Shown here in pieces: positions 50,625 to 63,769 of a stretch of 64,000 bases of DNA. The first letter of the stretch is position 1, and every line of letters begins with the position of its first letter. Below the pieces are notes generated by a model. The model was not told the origin of the DNA. It searched no databases and saw only the letters and a program-made list of their open reading frames with translations. The stretch is from positions 7,502,001 through 7,566,000 of the forward strand of contig CM059438.1 in NCBI GenBank assembly GCA_030390025.1, in the 5' to 3' direction. A program made the position numbers and the translations under genes. The stretch is from Squalus acanthias. Its lineage: Eukaryota.

Positions 50625-51420
50625 TATTGTGAGGTTATTCACTTTGGTAGGAAGAATGGAAAAACAGAATATTTTTCAAATGGTGAGAAACTATTAAATA
50701 TTGGCATTCAGAGGGATTTGAATGTCCTTGTTAATGAAACACAGCAAGTTAACATGCAGGTACAGCAAGCAATTAGGTAGGCAAATGGTATGTTGACCTT
50801 TATTGCAAGGGAGCTGGAGTATAAGAGTAAAGTAGTCTTGCTGCAATTGTACAGGGTTTTGGTGAGACCACACCTGGAGTACTGTGCACAGTTCTGGTCT
50901 CCTTACCTAAGGAAGGATATACTTGCCTTAGAGGGGGTGCAACAAAGCTTCACTAGATTGATTTCTGGGATGAGAGGGTTGTCCTATGAGGAGAGATTGA
51001 GTAGAGTGGGCCTATAATCTCTGGAGTTTAGAAGAATGAGAGGTGACCTCATTGAAACATATAGGATTCTGAGTGCGCTTGACATGGTAGATGCTGAGAG
51101 GCTGTTTCCCTGGGCTGGAGAGTCTAGAACGAGGGGGCATAGTCTCAGGATAAGGGGTCGGCGATTTAGGACTGAGATGAGGAGAATATTCTTCTCTCAG
51201 AGGCTTGTGAATCTTTGGAATTCTCTACCCCAGAGGGCTGTGGATGCTCAGTCGCTGAGTATATTCAAGACAGAGATCGATAGATTTTTGATCTCTAAGG
51301 GAATCAAGGGATATGGAGATCGGGCAGGAAAGTGGAGTTGAGGTTGAAGATCAGCCATGATCTTATTGAATGGCAGAGCAGGCTCGAGGGGCCGTATGGC
51401 CTCCTCCTTGCTCTTAGTTC
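50625..51420 (+). mobile_element. CR1 LINE 3' fragment
   Basis: LYRVLVRPHLEYC and LWNSLP motifs. Confidence 0.93.
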
Positions 51421-52057
51421 TTCCCTGACTTTTCCTCTTTCAACCAGCGCAGAAAAGAGTGATAAAAGGTGATTCCTTGCACTTTATTCCCTGATCTCAA
51501 TTGTGGCCAACTGAAAGGGGCGATGAACAGAGATCAAGTCAATCAAGATGCTTCTATTCACCCTCTAACAGACCCCTTACTGAGACCTGCAAATAAGTTC
51601 CATATTGCCCTCCTCGCTGTACAGTGCTATTGAATTGCTGGCACAGGTTCTACTTGGATGCTGCAGTAACCAAACCTAACCCAGTGGAACTCCTCGCATG
51701 AGGAGTTAGCAGCTCCTGCAATCAGTGTTACAAACCATTCTTTCAGGAGTTGACAACTGGCTGCAAATGGGCCTGTTAGATAATGTTCAGGCATCATCTC
51801 AATGCAGTTGAAAAATATCAGTTATTAATGATAATTGTATAGCATTATTCATTAAAAGATCAATCCTTAGTTTGCATATATATCAGCCTTTCTATGATTA
51901 ATGATTCACTCACCAACATCTATTAACATATCTGTGGGAGAAAGGGAAAAGGACATTTGTATTTGTGAAATTTGTGATGTATGAGGCACAGCTAATACGA
52001 CATGAAGACTTTTTCTCTTGCAGTGCTTTGTTTCAACTGTCTATTTCTTTTCCAAAG

Positions 52058-52242
52058 TTTTTTTAATATTTGTTCCTGGGATGTGGGCGTCGCTGGCAAG
52101 GCCAGCATTTATTGCCCATCCCTAATTGCCCTTGAAAAGTTGCTGGTGAGCAGCCTTCTTGAACCGCTGCAGTCCGTGTGGTGAAGGTACTCCCACAGTG
52201 CTGTTAGGTAGGGAGTTCCAGGATTTTGACCCAGCGACGATG
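52058..52242 (-). mobile_element. 3' tail of a CR1-group LINE, family of 56832-57760
   Basis: Colinear with 56832-57020. Confidence 0.85.
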
Positions 52243-52489
52243 AATAATAAATCTCAAGGTTAACTCCACATAAAACAAAAACCATTTCAACACCACAGTG
52301 TACAAACACATAGCACCATCATAATCCAATTAAATGCTACTGATAACACTTATGCCAATAAACCAAGAAAAAACCCGTTTTACGCCAGTCCTATTGGCAT
52401 TGTGCCTTAAAGGAGGTGAGAGAGGTGGAGAGGCCTTTGTTAATTGCTAATTGTTAATTGACCCTTCATTAAATCTAGGTTTGCAGTCT

Positions 52490-52572
52490 TCGACCTGAAA
52501 CGTTAACTCTCTTTCTCTCTCCACGGATGCTGCCTGGCCTGCTGAGTTTTTCCAGCGTTTTCTGTTGTTATT
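52490..52572 (+). mobile_element. Penelope-like 83-bp insert
   Basis: Exact reverse complement of 49096-49178. ttgcag flanks both sides (52481-52486 and 52573-52578). Confidence 0.8.
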
Positions 52573-53678
52573 TTGCAGCCAACTATGTTGTTAATGTTAG
52601 TTTAGATTAAAATAGATGATCTTGAACACTTACAAGTTGCACACTGTCGATAAAGGATTAAGTTTGGGACTGAACAGCATTGGGGGGTAGGAATAAACAC
52701 TTTCACCTCTCAGATTTGGGATTAAATGCAGTCTAGACAGAGGTGATTAAGGTAAGTGGATGGCTTTAAAGATAAGTCAAACGAGCCTAACTGGTCTCAA
52801 ATGAGTTTCTATTGATCATAAGTCTAGAGCACAAAATAGGCCACAAGTTGGCACTTGACATTAAATTGGAAGCCTCATTCACACAGGGAATGGTCACGTG
52901 GAAAATGGAAGCGTCATACTGGTGCAGTAGAAACTGCTTCTCTGAGGTTGAGGCTGAAGCACGTTGTTAGTACAGAATAGGGGGGAAATTACTTTGCATC
53001 TGTGTGTGTGAATTGTGACTTGGGAATACTTGACACTGACGCTGGCTACTAATTCCCCAGCACCTTCCGCATTGACGAGCACAGAAGTTCTTCCAAAAGA
53101 AAAGGATTGTTTTTATTAAATTGAGGACAAGCTACTTCTTACACACTTCGATGGGCACAGGCACGTCTTGTGTTGGGTGCCTGTTACACTTTGTGGTCAT
53201 CACAGGCACTCATAGACATGTCAAAGACCAAGCGCATCATGCAGACTGATCATCTGACAGCTAGATCTGCATCCATCGAGGTACTGAATTCCTAATAACC
53301 ACTCACTGTCCTGTCAGCCCTCATTTGCCACGGTTGCTGGGCTGTGCTTGTCTCTCGGGTGCCTAGACGGACTTCTTCACCGTTTTAAGTGATACTCGAT
53401 CGCTACTTCTGCTTTTTGTTTTAATTTTCCAACATTACATGGAGGTACTTACCTCCACATTGAACGGGACCTTCTCAATACTCATTTCTGCAAAATAATT
53501 TGGTGAACAGTCTAATAAATGGGAGTAAGTGTGTGGGGGAAAAAAACTCACTCAACGTGGAAGCAATTACCTCTTTAAAAAAAACCTTTATGAATTTGTA
53601 GTTTTTTTTTACTTATACTGGCACTTATTTATTTAAATCACCATGCATTGAGAAGTAGTTATACACAATTGTAACAGT

Positions 53679-54445
53679 GGCCCTGAAATTCGCCTCTCCG
53701 GCTTGCCGCGGGGGTAAGGATCGCGCGCACACTTACCTACCGCGCCTGCCGTTGACCTCTGGGCCCACGGGGACTTCAGCTGCTGGGCCTGCTCCAAGTG
53801 CCGGCGCGCAATGCGTGCGTGTCCCAGGGGCGCAGTTAGTGCGATGCATCCCCTGGGATCACGTGGGCCATGGAGAGCCAATGGCAGCAGACCATCTTTC
53901 ATTCATAGATTTGACAGGAAGACCTGTCAAATCTGTGAATTGAAATCGGCTCCAAAAGAACACCTAAACTTCAAATAAATTTTTTAAAAAACCATCACAT
54001 TTATAAAATAACTGTAAGTTAAATAAATTAACTACTTTAAACAAAAATTTAAATTTTTGAAAAAATTAAAATACTTTTTAACAGTGCGAAAAATAAACTT
54101 ACCTTTCTTTAAAGTATCTAAAAAAGATAAACCTGTTGAAATTTTTTTTAAATTATACTTAATTAACCACTTACCTTGTTAAAAACGGGTCCTGCGCCTC
54201 CTTTTTAAAAGTGCAGGTTCTTCAATACTTACCCTCCCGTAGAAACCTGAAAAAAACCCTAAGTTTGCTGCGTGCGCGCAGCCTCTACCGCGCACGCGGT
54301 TCACCTCTGAACCGCCCCCTTCACCAGACCGGAAGTTCCGGTTTCCCGCGCATGCGCAGTGCATGCAGGAAACCGGCACTTGAGGACGCCTTACGGGGTG
54401 AGTGCACAGCGCGTGCTCCCCCGGGAAGGGACGAATTTTTGGCCC
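53679..54445. mobile_element. Harbinger-type MITE, second copy of 28561-29322
   Basis: End-to-end colinear with the first copy. Flanks AGT/AAT. Confidence 0.88.
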
Positions 54446-54992
54446 AATGTTCTCAGCATCACAAGCCCAACTTTGAATGTTCTAATGACAGTTGCCATGG
54501 AGAGTGGAAACTCATTGGCTGACAGAGTACAGTCCAGGTCAGTTAAGAATGCTTTCCAATTACCAGAAACAAGGCTCCTGGTTCGTGTGAGGCTTAATGC
54601 ACAGAAAAAAATAGATTTTAAGACTGGGAAAGGTAAAGTAAGAGGACAAAAAGGGAAACTTTTTAAAATGTTGTTCTTCCTTTAAAGGCTTTGCTGCTTA
54701 ATTCTAACCTGCCTTGTACTTTCACACTTTTTTATCAACTCAAGCCCCTTTGCCTTTATTGGAGGTTTTACAAAGTTGGAGTGGTTCAGTGGGTAAGTGC
54801 AAAGAATGAAGTGGTATTCAAGCATACACATTAAGATGGCACCAGGATCGATCCCCGATCTGTGCTGAGTCAACCAACTTCAGTTTGGGTGTCGGGGGGG
54901 GGCTTCTATAACTGGCCTCATCGTACACGCGCTGCAGGAGGGAAGAAATCAGCCCTGGTTCCTGCTCCTGACTGCTGATCAGCGATCGCTAC

Positions 54993-55355
54993 TCGGGTCG
55001 CCAACCCTCCAGGATTGCACTGGAGTCACCAGGAATTAACGATTAATCTCCAGGATGCCGCTACAAGCAACCCAGGAGAACAATCATGGGGGGCATTAAA
55101 AAAAATTTGCGTGTGGTGTTTTCATTTTCCTTGAACATTTATTAGTTATAGAAATATTGGAGACGGGATTAAAAAGTCTGTTTGACTGGCAGTCAAGCAT
55201 CAGCCAATGGGGTAATTAAGAGCCTGTTTGCTTTCCAATTGGCGGGGGAGGGGAAGGATGTGTTGTGTGACCAATGGCGGGGACGGGGTGGCTGGAGGCA
55301 GGAGGTCATGGGGTGAAACCTCCAAGTATACATTCAACCAGAGTTGACGACCCTA
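54993..55355. mobile_element. hAT-type MITE (363 bp)
   Basis: TIRs tcgggtcgccaac / gttgacgacccta. 8-bp TSD atcgctac/atcactac with one mismatch. Confidence 0.8.
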
Positions 55356-55788
55356 ATCACTACTGGAAGTACATGTGATGTGGATATGTAGTCAAGGTGA
55401 GATCAAGCTCAATTATGGTGACCCTCATGGTTACTGACACTCGCAATTCATGACTCAAAAAGTGTTTCTCCCTTTCCTTCTCTGTTTAGATCCTTGTCCT
55501 TTCCTTCTGTCTATGTTTCTCTTCCTCTGTGTGTTGTTTTACTGTCTTTCAGCTTCAGTCATTCTCAATCTTTGTTTTGCTCGGTTCCTCTGTCAGTCTG
55601 CTTTACTTCCCTCCCTTTCTGTTTTGGAGAGTAGTATCTAGCTTGCTGGTTTTTATATCAGATCCTTTTCTCACAAGGGCAACTGTGTCTTTACCATTTG
55701 TTTGTTGAACATTAGTTGACAGGCTTACAACTGCAAGGCTTCCAGGGTGATACGGTGTCTCACATGGCACAGTTTTATCAGAGATTTA

Positions 55789-58350
55789 GGCCGCAAAATT
55801 TGGCACCTTAGCGCCAGCGGCTATGGCCTGGAAATCATGGGCTGAAAGCTCCGCGCAGAGCCCCGGGTAATGTTGGAGTCGGACTCCTCCATGCTCCTTG
55901 TTCGTGACAAGAGGCTCTCTGGCAGGCCTGCCATTGCACCAAGCATTTCTGTGTGTATGCCCATCGCCCTTCTTCTGAAGGCTGCCCCATCGCAGTCCTC
56001 ATCTGACTCCTCTGCAGCAGAACTCATGTGCGACCTTGCCCTCCGGGGAGCTGGCACCCGAGCTATCCTTTCCTCATGGCCTGGCTGCAGCCCACTTATG
56101 CCCAGTGACTCACCACGTGCGGATCTTGCCTCCCTATTACCCTCTAAAGTTTGCACAGAGCCATTTTCTGAGTTGGTGTCTGGGAGTGTCAGATCAAGCG
56201 ATGGCGTCTCTTCTTCTCCATCGCTCGCCTTCTCTACTTCTTCCTGCACAGGCTGGGCTGGTGGCAGTTCTTGGGTATCTGAAAGGAGAAAGGCACAAGG
56301 GTCGGGTTGTGGTGAGGGGAGGGGGGGAAAGCAAGATGTGCATGCTTACACCATCAGCAACTTGTAAGTGAGAAGAGATTGTGGGTTGAGCAGGAAGTAG
56401 GATGAGAGGAAGGATTAGGTATGAGCATACCGTCATCATCAATGCTTTCAGCCTCTCCGATCGCCATGGCCTCAGTGACGGCCCCTCCAGTGATCTCCAG
56501 CACAGTCTCCTCCAGCTGAGTCAGGTTCTGCAGCCGTGCTTGTCCCCGCCTGTTTGCTCCTGGTCACACCGGTTGTGAGCCACCTTGGCCTGCAAGAGAA
56601 AGGGAAGTGTGTCGGTGAGTGTGGTGCAATGTGTTTAGGTGATGAGCCTGTCACGGTAGGATAGCTGGCATTATGTGTGAGATGTGGGTGTGAGGCTTGC
56701 AACAGTGGTAAGTGTGTGAGGGTCAGGTGAAGCTATGATTGTGAGGTATGAGTCGTAATTGCTAGAGATTGTTGGTTGGTGAGTGATGGAGGAGTGGTGC
56801 ATTGAGCAGTGTGTGAGGCTAGTAGTGCAGTTTTTTTTAATATTTATTCCTGGGATGTGGGCATCGCTGGCAAGGCCAGCATTTATTGCCCATCCCTAAT
56901 TGCCCTTGAGAAGGTGGTGGTGAGCTGCCTTCTTGAACCGCTGCAGTCCGTGTGGTGAAGTTGCTCCCACAGTGCTGTGAGGGAGGGAGTTCCAGGATTT
57001 TGACACAGCGACGATGAAGGATTGGCGATATACTTCCAAGTCAGGATGGTGTGTGACTTGGAGGGGAACTTGGAGGTGGTGGTGTTCCCATGCGCCTGCT
57101 GCCCTTGTCCTTCAAGGTGGTAGAGGTTGCGGGTTTGGGAGGTGCTGCCGAAGAAGCCTTGGCGAGTTGGTGCAGTGCATCTTGTAGATGGTACACACTG
57201 CAGCCACGGTGCGCCGGTGGTGGAGGGAGTGAATGTTTAAGGTGGTGGATGGGATGCCAATCAAGCGGGCTGCTTTGTCCTGGATAGTGTTGTTGGAGCT
57301 GCACTCATCCAGGCAAGTGGAGAGTATTCCATCGCACTCCTTACTTATGCCTTCTAGATGGTGGAAAGGCTTTGGGGAGGCAGGAGGTGAGACACTCGCC
57401 GTAGAATACCCAGCCTCTGACCTGCTCTTGTTGCCACAGTAATTATGTGGCTGGTCCAGTTAAGTTTCTGGTCAATGGTGATCCCAAGGATGTTGATGGT
57501 GGGGGATTCGGCGATGGTAATGCCGTTGAATGTTATGGGGCGGTGGTTAGAGATAGTCATTGCCTGGCACTTGTGTGGCGCGAATGTTACCTGCCACTTA
57601 TCAGCCCAAGCCTGAATGTCGTCCAGGTCTTGTTGCATGCGGGCATGGACTGTTTCATTGTCTGAGGAGCGGCGAAAGGCACTGAACACTGTGCAGTCAT
57701 CCGCGAACATCCCCATTTTTGACCTTATGTTGGAGGGAAGGTCATTGATGAAGCAACTGAAGTTGGTAGTATTTGGCATTTGAAGATGCATTCACTCACC
57801 TTAACCACTCATGTGAGGTCATTAAACTTCTTGTGGCATTGATCCATATCCTGGCAGAAAGACTGGTGGCACTGACCGCATCAGCAATCTCCTCCCACTG
57901 CCTTCGAACAGTGTGCCTGGAAGACCTCCTGGCCCCCTGTGAGTAGAGGACCTTTCTCCTCCTATAGACACCCCGCACCAAGGCCTCCAGTGCAGCATCG
58001 GAGAACCAAGGTGCCCTTTCTCTGTCCTGTTGTGACATTTCTTACTTCCCCTTTGTGTATCTCGAGTCAGAATGATATACTCACAAAGCACCTCCCCTTT
58101 AAGAAGTGCAGGCAGCCTTTCACCCTGCAGGCAACCTTTAAATATAGAGCAGACTTCCCACGATATTGGGCCCCCTGTTGAGCGCTGAGCCAACCAGCAG
58201 CATGTTTAGCGCTGGGCTCAGTGTTACAATCATGTTAATGAGCAGGCAGCACGAATTTCGCGTGCTGCCTGCACGACTTTCAACGGGGGTGGGCAGATCG
58301 CGCATCACGATCCCCGCGCCCGTTTTCGGACCTCATTCAATTTAGCCACC
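55789..58350 (-). mobile_element. Harbinger element with a three-exon Myb/SANT pseudogene and no transposase
   Basis: TSD TTA/TTA, ends ggccgcaaaatt / aatttagccacc. Exons 58038-57800 (RERAPWFSDAALEALV...QWEEIA), 56589-56431 and 56278-~55821 with GT-AG introns. Confidence 0.82.
56832..57760 (-). mobile_element. CR1-group LINE 3' fragment inside intron 1 of the Myb gene
   Basis: FINDLP...MFADDC...WADKWQVTF...LGITIDQKLNW, with an A-rich tail. Confidence 0.9.
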
Positions 58351-58969
58351 TTAGTCACCACGACAGAATGATGGAAGTGCAAACATTACAGACACAATTG
58401 AATTTGTACGGTGTCTGCTGCCTGTTTAGCCTATTCAAATAAATGGCATTTTGAGTTATAAAATGCAAAAAAAAACAATTATTTTTCTCCTGCTCCAAGT
58501 CTTGTGTTCTAAATAACCTGTTTGACCAGCTTAATTATTCTAAGTGAATTCGAGGCTTGAAGTTTGAAAGCAGCAAGGTGAAACAATGCCTCATACAAAT
58601 TCATGTGCTGCGCACATCTCTCCCATGTTAAGCAGGATTGCTGTCCATATCTGTTTGCATACCTGGACATCTCCCTGCTTTACATGGAACCTTATAATAC
58701 TGAAGGACGATTAACTTAAAGTGAGAATGTGAAGTGGCTGAGCATAGCTACAGTGATGGTTTTGAATAAATACCGAGGACGCCAATTCACATTAGCCAGC
58801 TGCCGGGTTGATTAATCCGCCCGGTTTCCTTCCGGTCCGGTTTCCTTTCCTTCTTGTAGTAGACGTGTCCTGATGGCCCCACTGTGTGAAGAATTGGAAA
58901 CGGATTCCTGAGTTTTATAACTTACCACTTTGATGCACCAACAAGCAAGTGCTTGACTGAAAATCTAGC

Positions 58970-59410
58970 AAAGAAAGAACCTGCATTTATATAGCACCTT
59001 TCACCACCTCAGGATATCCCAAAGTGCTTTACAGCCAATGAAGTATTGTTACTGTTGTAATGTAGGAAACGCAGCAGCCATTTTGCACACAGCGAGGTCC
59101 CTCAAACAGCAATGTGATAATGACTGGATAATCTACTTTTAGTGATGTTGATTGAGGGATAAATATTATCCAGGACACCGGGGAGAACTCCCCTGCTCAT
59201 TTTCAAAATAGCGTCACAGGATCTCTTACGCCTACCTGGGAAGGCAGAAGGGGCCTTGGTTTAACATCTGCAAGATGGCACTTCCGACCGTGCAGCACTC
59301 CACTGGAGTGTCGGCCTAGATTTGGTGTTAGAAATGTCTGGAGTGGGACTTGAACCCACAACCTACTGACTCGGGGCGAGTGTGCTACCCACTGAGCCAC
59401 GCCTGACACT
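58970..59410 (-). mobile_element. Deu-domain SINE
   Basis: Near-full reverse copy of the family. Confidence 0.88.
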
Positions 59411-60439
59411 CTAATACTCACTATCTGACTGCCTTTTATTGCATTGTAACTTAACTATGTTTATAAAAGTCTTAATTAACTTTCTTCATTCTGATCTTTT
59501 AATGACCTCCAAAATTACCCGTTGAATAATTGAGCTTTCAATTAGACCATAACAATTTTTAGGAACAGGAAGAGGCTACTGGGCTTAACAAATCCATTCC
59601 TTAATCAATATGTAACCTGGCCCTGATAAAGTGGGGGGGAGCAAAGTTTTGCCAAACTTGCTAGGATAGACTCAAGACTTGATGTCGTTTCTACCAAAGA
59701 AACCACAAGGTATTTAGTTGCTAAAAAGTGGAGTTTTCCCCTTGTTATGGAAGTAAAAATGCAAACTGCCTTGTCACGGGTGCATTTAAATTACTTTTGA
59801 GAGAGATAGTGGTGAGCATTGTTTCAGTAGCTGTATTGTATACTCTGTGAGGGATGGCTGTCTAGATTCATGAACCATGGGAATAGAACCAAGATCTGGT
59901 AGGTCCCATAAACTCCAAACAAGCCCCGGACGGAATGACCCACAGGGGACCAGAAGATAGAGCGGAAACCAGTTCTGCCAGGATCCTGCCAATTGGAAGA
60001 GTTGAGCCATTTTCCGGTTGGCTGGGGAGAGGGTTAATCCTAGATCAAGCGGGGGTGGAGGGGGGGGCGCGTTCTTGGGGTACCCCAGGAACTCTGGCCA
60101 GTATGCCCTTGGCAGGACTCAGCGGAACTCTCAGCAGCCGAGAGTTGGAATGAGTCTTGCTGAGGCCCGAGGTCTCTTGATCCTGAATGGATCAATGACC
60201 TTAACTTCAGTGGCCCAGCACTCCCACAGGAGCAGTCTGAAAAATGTTGGCCTGCCTTGCTTTGGGACTTCCCAGGCCACTGAGTCACCATCAGAATAGC
60301 TTGGCGCTGCTCTGATTATTTTGGGCTGTTGTCGGGGCCGCCTGTCCCAAATATGCAGATCACCCTGTCCCTGCAATTTGGATCGGGATCTGGGGCTCCC
60401 TGTATCGGCAGAATTAGGGCCCACTTCGCTGCTCTTGTA

Positions 60440-61222
60440 TGGGGTGCAGTAGCATAGTGGTTATGTTACTGGACTAGTAAGCTAGAGGTGTGGACTCATA
60501 ATCCAGTGAAGGTGAGTTGAAATACCACCATGGCAGTTTGAGAATTTGAATTCAGTTTAAAAAAAATCTGGAATGAGAAACCTCTCGGATTGTTATAAAA
60601 ATCCAACTGGTTCACTAATGTCCTTTAGGGAATGAACCCTTCGCCCTTGCCCGGTCTGACCTATATGTGACTCCGGTCCTACACCAATGCGGTTGCCTCT
60701 TAAGTGGCCAACAAAACCACTCAGTTATATCAAACTATTACCGGTGGTTTAAGAAGAAGGTCTTACCACCATCTTTTTTTTTATTCGTTTATGGGATGTG
60801 GGCGTCGCTGGCAAGGCTAGCATTTATTGCCCATCCCTAATTGCCCTTGAGAAGGTGGTGGGGAGCCGTCGCCTTGAACCACTGCAGTCCGTGTGGTGAA
60901 GGTACTCCCACAGTGCTGTTAGGGAGGGAGTTCCAGGATTTTGACCCAGCGACGATGAAGGAACGGCGATATACTTCCAAGTCAGGATGGTGTGTGCCTT
61001 GGAGGGGAACTTGGAGGTGGTGGTGTTCCCTTGCGCCTGCTGCCCTTGTCCTTCTAGGTGGAAGAGGTCACGGGTTTGGGAGGTGCTGCCAAGGAAGCCT
61101 TGGCGAGTTGCTGCAGTGCATCTTGTAGATGGTACACACTGCAGCCACGGTACGCCGGTGGTGGAGGGAGTGAATGTTTAAGGTAGTGGATGGGGTGCCA
61201 ATCAAGCGGGCTGCTTTGTCCA
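60440..61222. mobile_element. Second-family SINE (+, 60440-60772) tail-to-tail with its partner LINE (-, 60773-61222)
   Basis: Similarity to 11070-11390 and to 56832-57285. Confidence 0.85.
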
Positions 61223-61670
61223 GGGAGATTGAGAGAACCCTGTGGAAATTCTCCCCCACTATGTTTAAGGTTTTTCCACAAAATGTGACAATGTAATGTT
61301 CCTGTCAGTCACAGGTACAGTCATTGGTGAATCACCTGTGCCAGAACATGATGGGCCCAAAATTCCAAACGGACCATTACACCAACTTTTATTGTTATTC
61401 TGGGTGGTGGAGGTCATGGGTGTGGGAGGTGCTGTTGAAGAAGCCTTGGCAAGTTGCCGCAGTGCATCCTGCCGGTAGTACACTCTGCAGCCATGGTACG
61501 CCGATGGTGGAGGGACTGAATGTTTAAGCCAGTGGATGGGGTGGCTAAAGCTGGATGTGCCAGCATTTTTTTCCAATCCCATTTTTGCTACATTCTTAAC
61601 TTTTTTCAAATCATGCCCGCCCTCTCCCAACTGAAGTTGTCTGAACATAAGAATGTCTGGAACCCTGCAC

Positions 61671-62814
61671 TTCAGACCCATCAGGATTCTAATCACTACA
61701 TCACATTTCTTCTACTGTCGGAACGCCCGTGTATTTTCATTGCTTTTTAATCTCTTAACGGGTGATTGTTTTGTTCACTTTCCACAAAAGTCTGCCTCTA
61801 ACGCGCTGGTTACATCTTGGTTACACAGGACGTGAGAAGAGAGGGAAGACCTCAATGTCTGCGCCGTCCACATTCAGCTCAGATTCACGGCTCCGGAGTC
61901 TTCCCACATGTTGCAATAAGGGAAGCAAACCCTGGGCATGGACTGACTCCAGATGATGAGCTGGAAAGAGTTGTTTATCCAGCTGTCCAAAGGACAGGTA
62001 ACTTTCCAATTAGATACAATAGGAAGGATTCAAGTTCTCTGAAAATTTGACGGCCTGCCACTTTGATAATAAGAAGTCGGTGTGCTATTGATATTGTGTC
62101 ACTAAATACCACTGGACCATTAGTAACAATTGTATCGTATCATACTTACAAATCAGCCGATAGACACCCGGGAGCAGAATATCATTACAGCACCAACTTT
62201 GACAAAACTTTGACTCTCTCAATACCCAATATTGGATTGCAGTAAATTGGGCCCCAAGAGTGCAAGCAGCCTTTCTACTATAAGAATTCTGGATCTTGCG
62301 TTGTTTGGGAGTGCAGTGCATATGATGCTCGCTTCTCATTGCCAGAACCACTCTTTCGAGTGTCAGTACGGGCTGACACTAATAAATCAATCACTGTCAG
62401 TTTTGTTGGTGCCCAGCTGACACTTGAATCTGCTAACTACATATGTAATGAAACCCTTGTCAGTCCTCCAGACAGGCTGCGCGGTGGGACAACTCACAGA
62501 AATAGAGCGCCGGAGTCTGATGGGGGAATTGATATGCTGTCTAATTACAAGCTCCCACTCCCACTCCCCCCCTTAGGCCAGAGGCAGGCATCTGTCCTTC
62601 CGACTAAACAAGCGAGAAACCTTTTTAGGCTTTTGAATCTTACGGAGGAGCCTGTGCTTCTGCTACCGCTGCGAAGCTGGATACGTGACGAGAATGCACA
62701 ATTGTGGCAGGTGAACAAAACAATCACCCGTTAAAAGATTAAAAAGCAATGAGAATACATGGGCATTCTGACTGGAGTACACAGTTTACTGATTCGACTA
62801 TTGATGGATCTGAA
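61671..62814 (+). mobile_element. Unclassified inverted-repeat-bounded element with a decayed reading frame
   Basis: ~115-bp inverted repeats, with core 61731-61778 vs 62711-62758 identical at 46/48. A single frame 61802-62734 has only two internal stops. Confidence 0.6.
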
Positions 62815-63082
62815 TTGTAACTGTAGTGAGTCAAACTAGCAGGAGACTCTTTGTTTAAGTGTCTCCTTTAGACAGGAAGCAGGTGGGTGGATTCGTCCTA
62901 ATGCATTTCAGAGGCTTAATTTTTTTTTACGGTTCCCAACGGACCTTTCATCCATTACCTCAGCAAATAATAGTATTTTTCAATCAAAACATCATGTTCT
63001 GAAAAATTGCATTATCTATCAGGCTATTGAGTCATATCTTGAAGTGCAGTCCATTTATTAGAAAACTGGAAGGAAAGATAAT

Positions 63083-63760
63083 GGGCCATAATTTGCGACC
63101 CCCCCTCCACGGGTGCGTATGCGCCTGTAGGGGCCGCGCAAGTTCCGGGTTTAGGCAGGCGCATGCGCGCAAACCCAGAACTTGTGATCTGTCAAGAATT
63201 CTCTTGACAGATGATCCGCATCCCCGGGAGAAGGGACCCCGCGGGCAGCCAGTTGCGCTATTTGCCCAACTTCCGCCTATTGAATGCCCATGAAATTCTT
63301 ACGCCTGGCGTAAGGCCTGCTTTTACCAGCATAAGAGTTCTAAAAAATAGAAAAATAGAAATTTATCACTCATTTATACTTGAAAAACCCTGTCCAACAA
63401 GGTAAGTTTATTTTTAGCCCCGTTAAGACATAAAAAAAAATCCTCAAAAAATTAAATGTTTGTTTAAAATATTTAATTAAATGGCATTTTAATTAATTTT
63501 AAATATATCCGTTTGTACGGGTCTCCCATAAGTATGAATGGGGATTCCCTTCTTTTATTGGTTGGGCCGGCCCACGTGATCCCTGGAACGCTTGCGAACC
63601 GCGTGCGCCCCTGGGATACTTGGGCCTCTGCCCACGGGTACCCAGAGAGAGCCAGCAGCGCGATTCTCCGTACCTTCTGGACCACCAGGTAAATTCGTAG
63701 ATTTTTTTACAGGTCGGAGGCATCCGCCCGCAGGAAGCCTCCGACTGCAAATTTTGGGCC
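63083..63760. mobile_element. Harbinger-type MITE (678 bp)
   Basis: TIRs gggccataatttgc / gcaaattttgggcc, TSD AAT/AAT. Related in reverse orientation to 28561-29322. Confidence 0.85.
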
Positions 63761-63769
63761 AATATAGTT

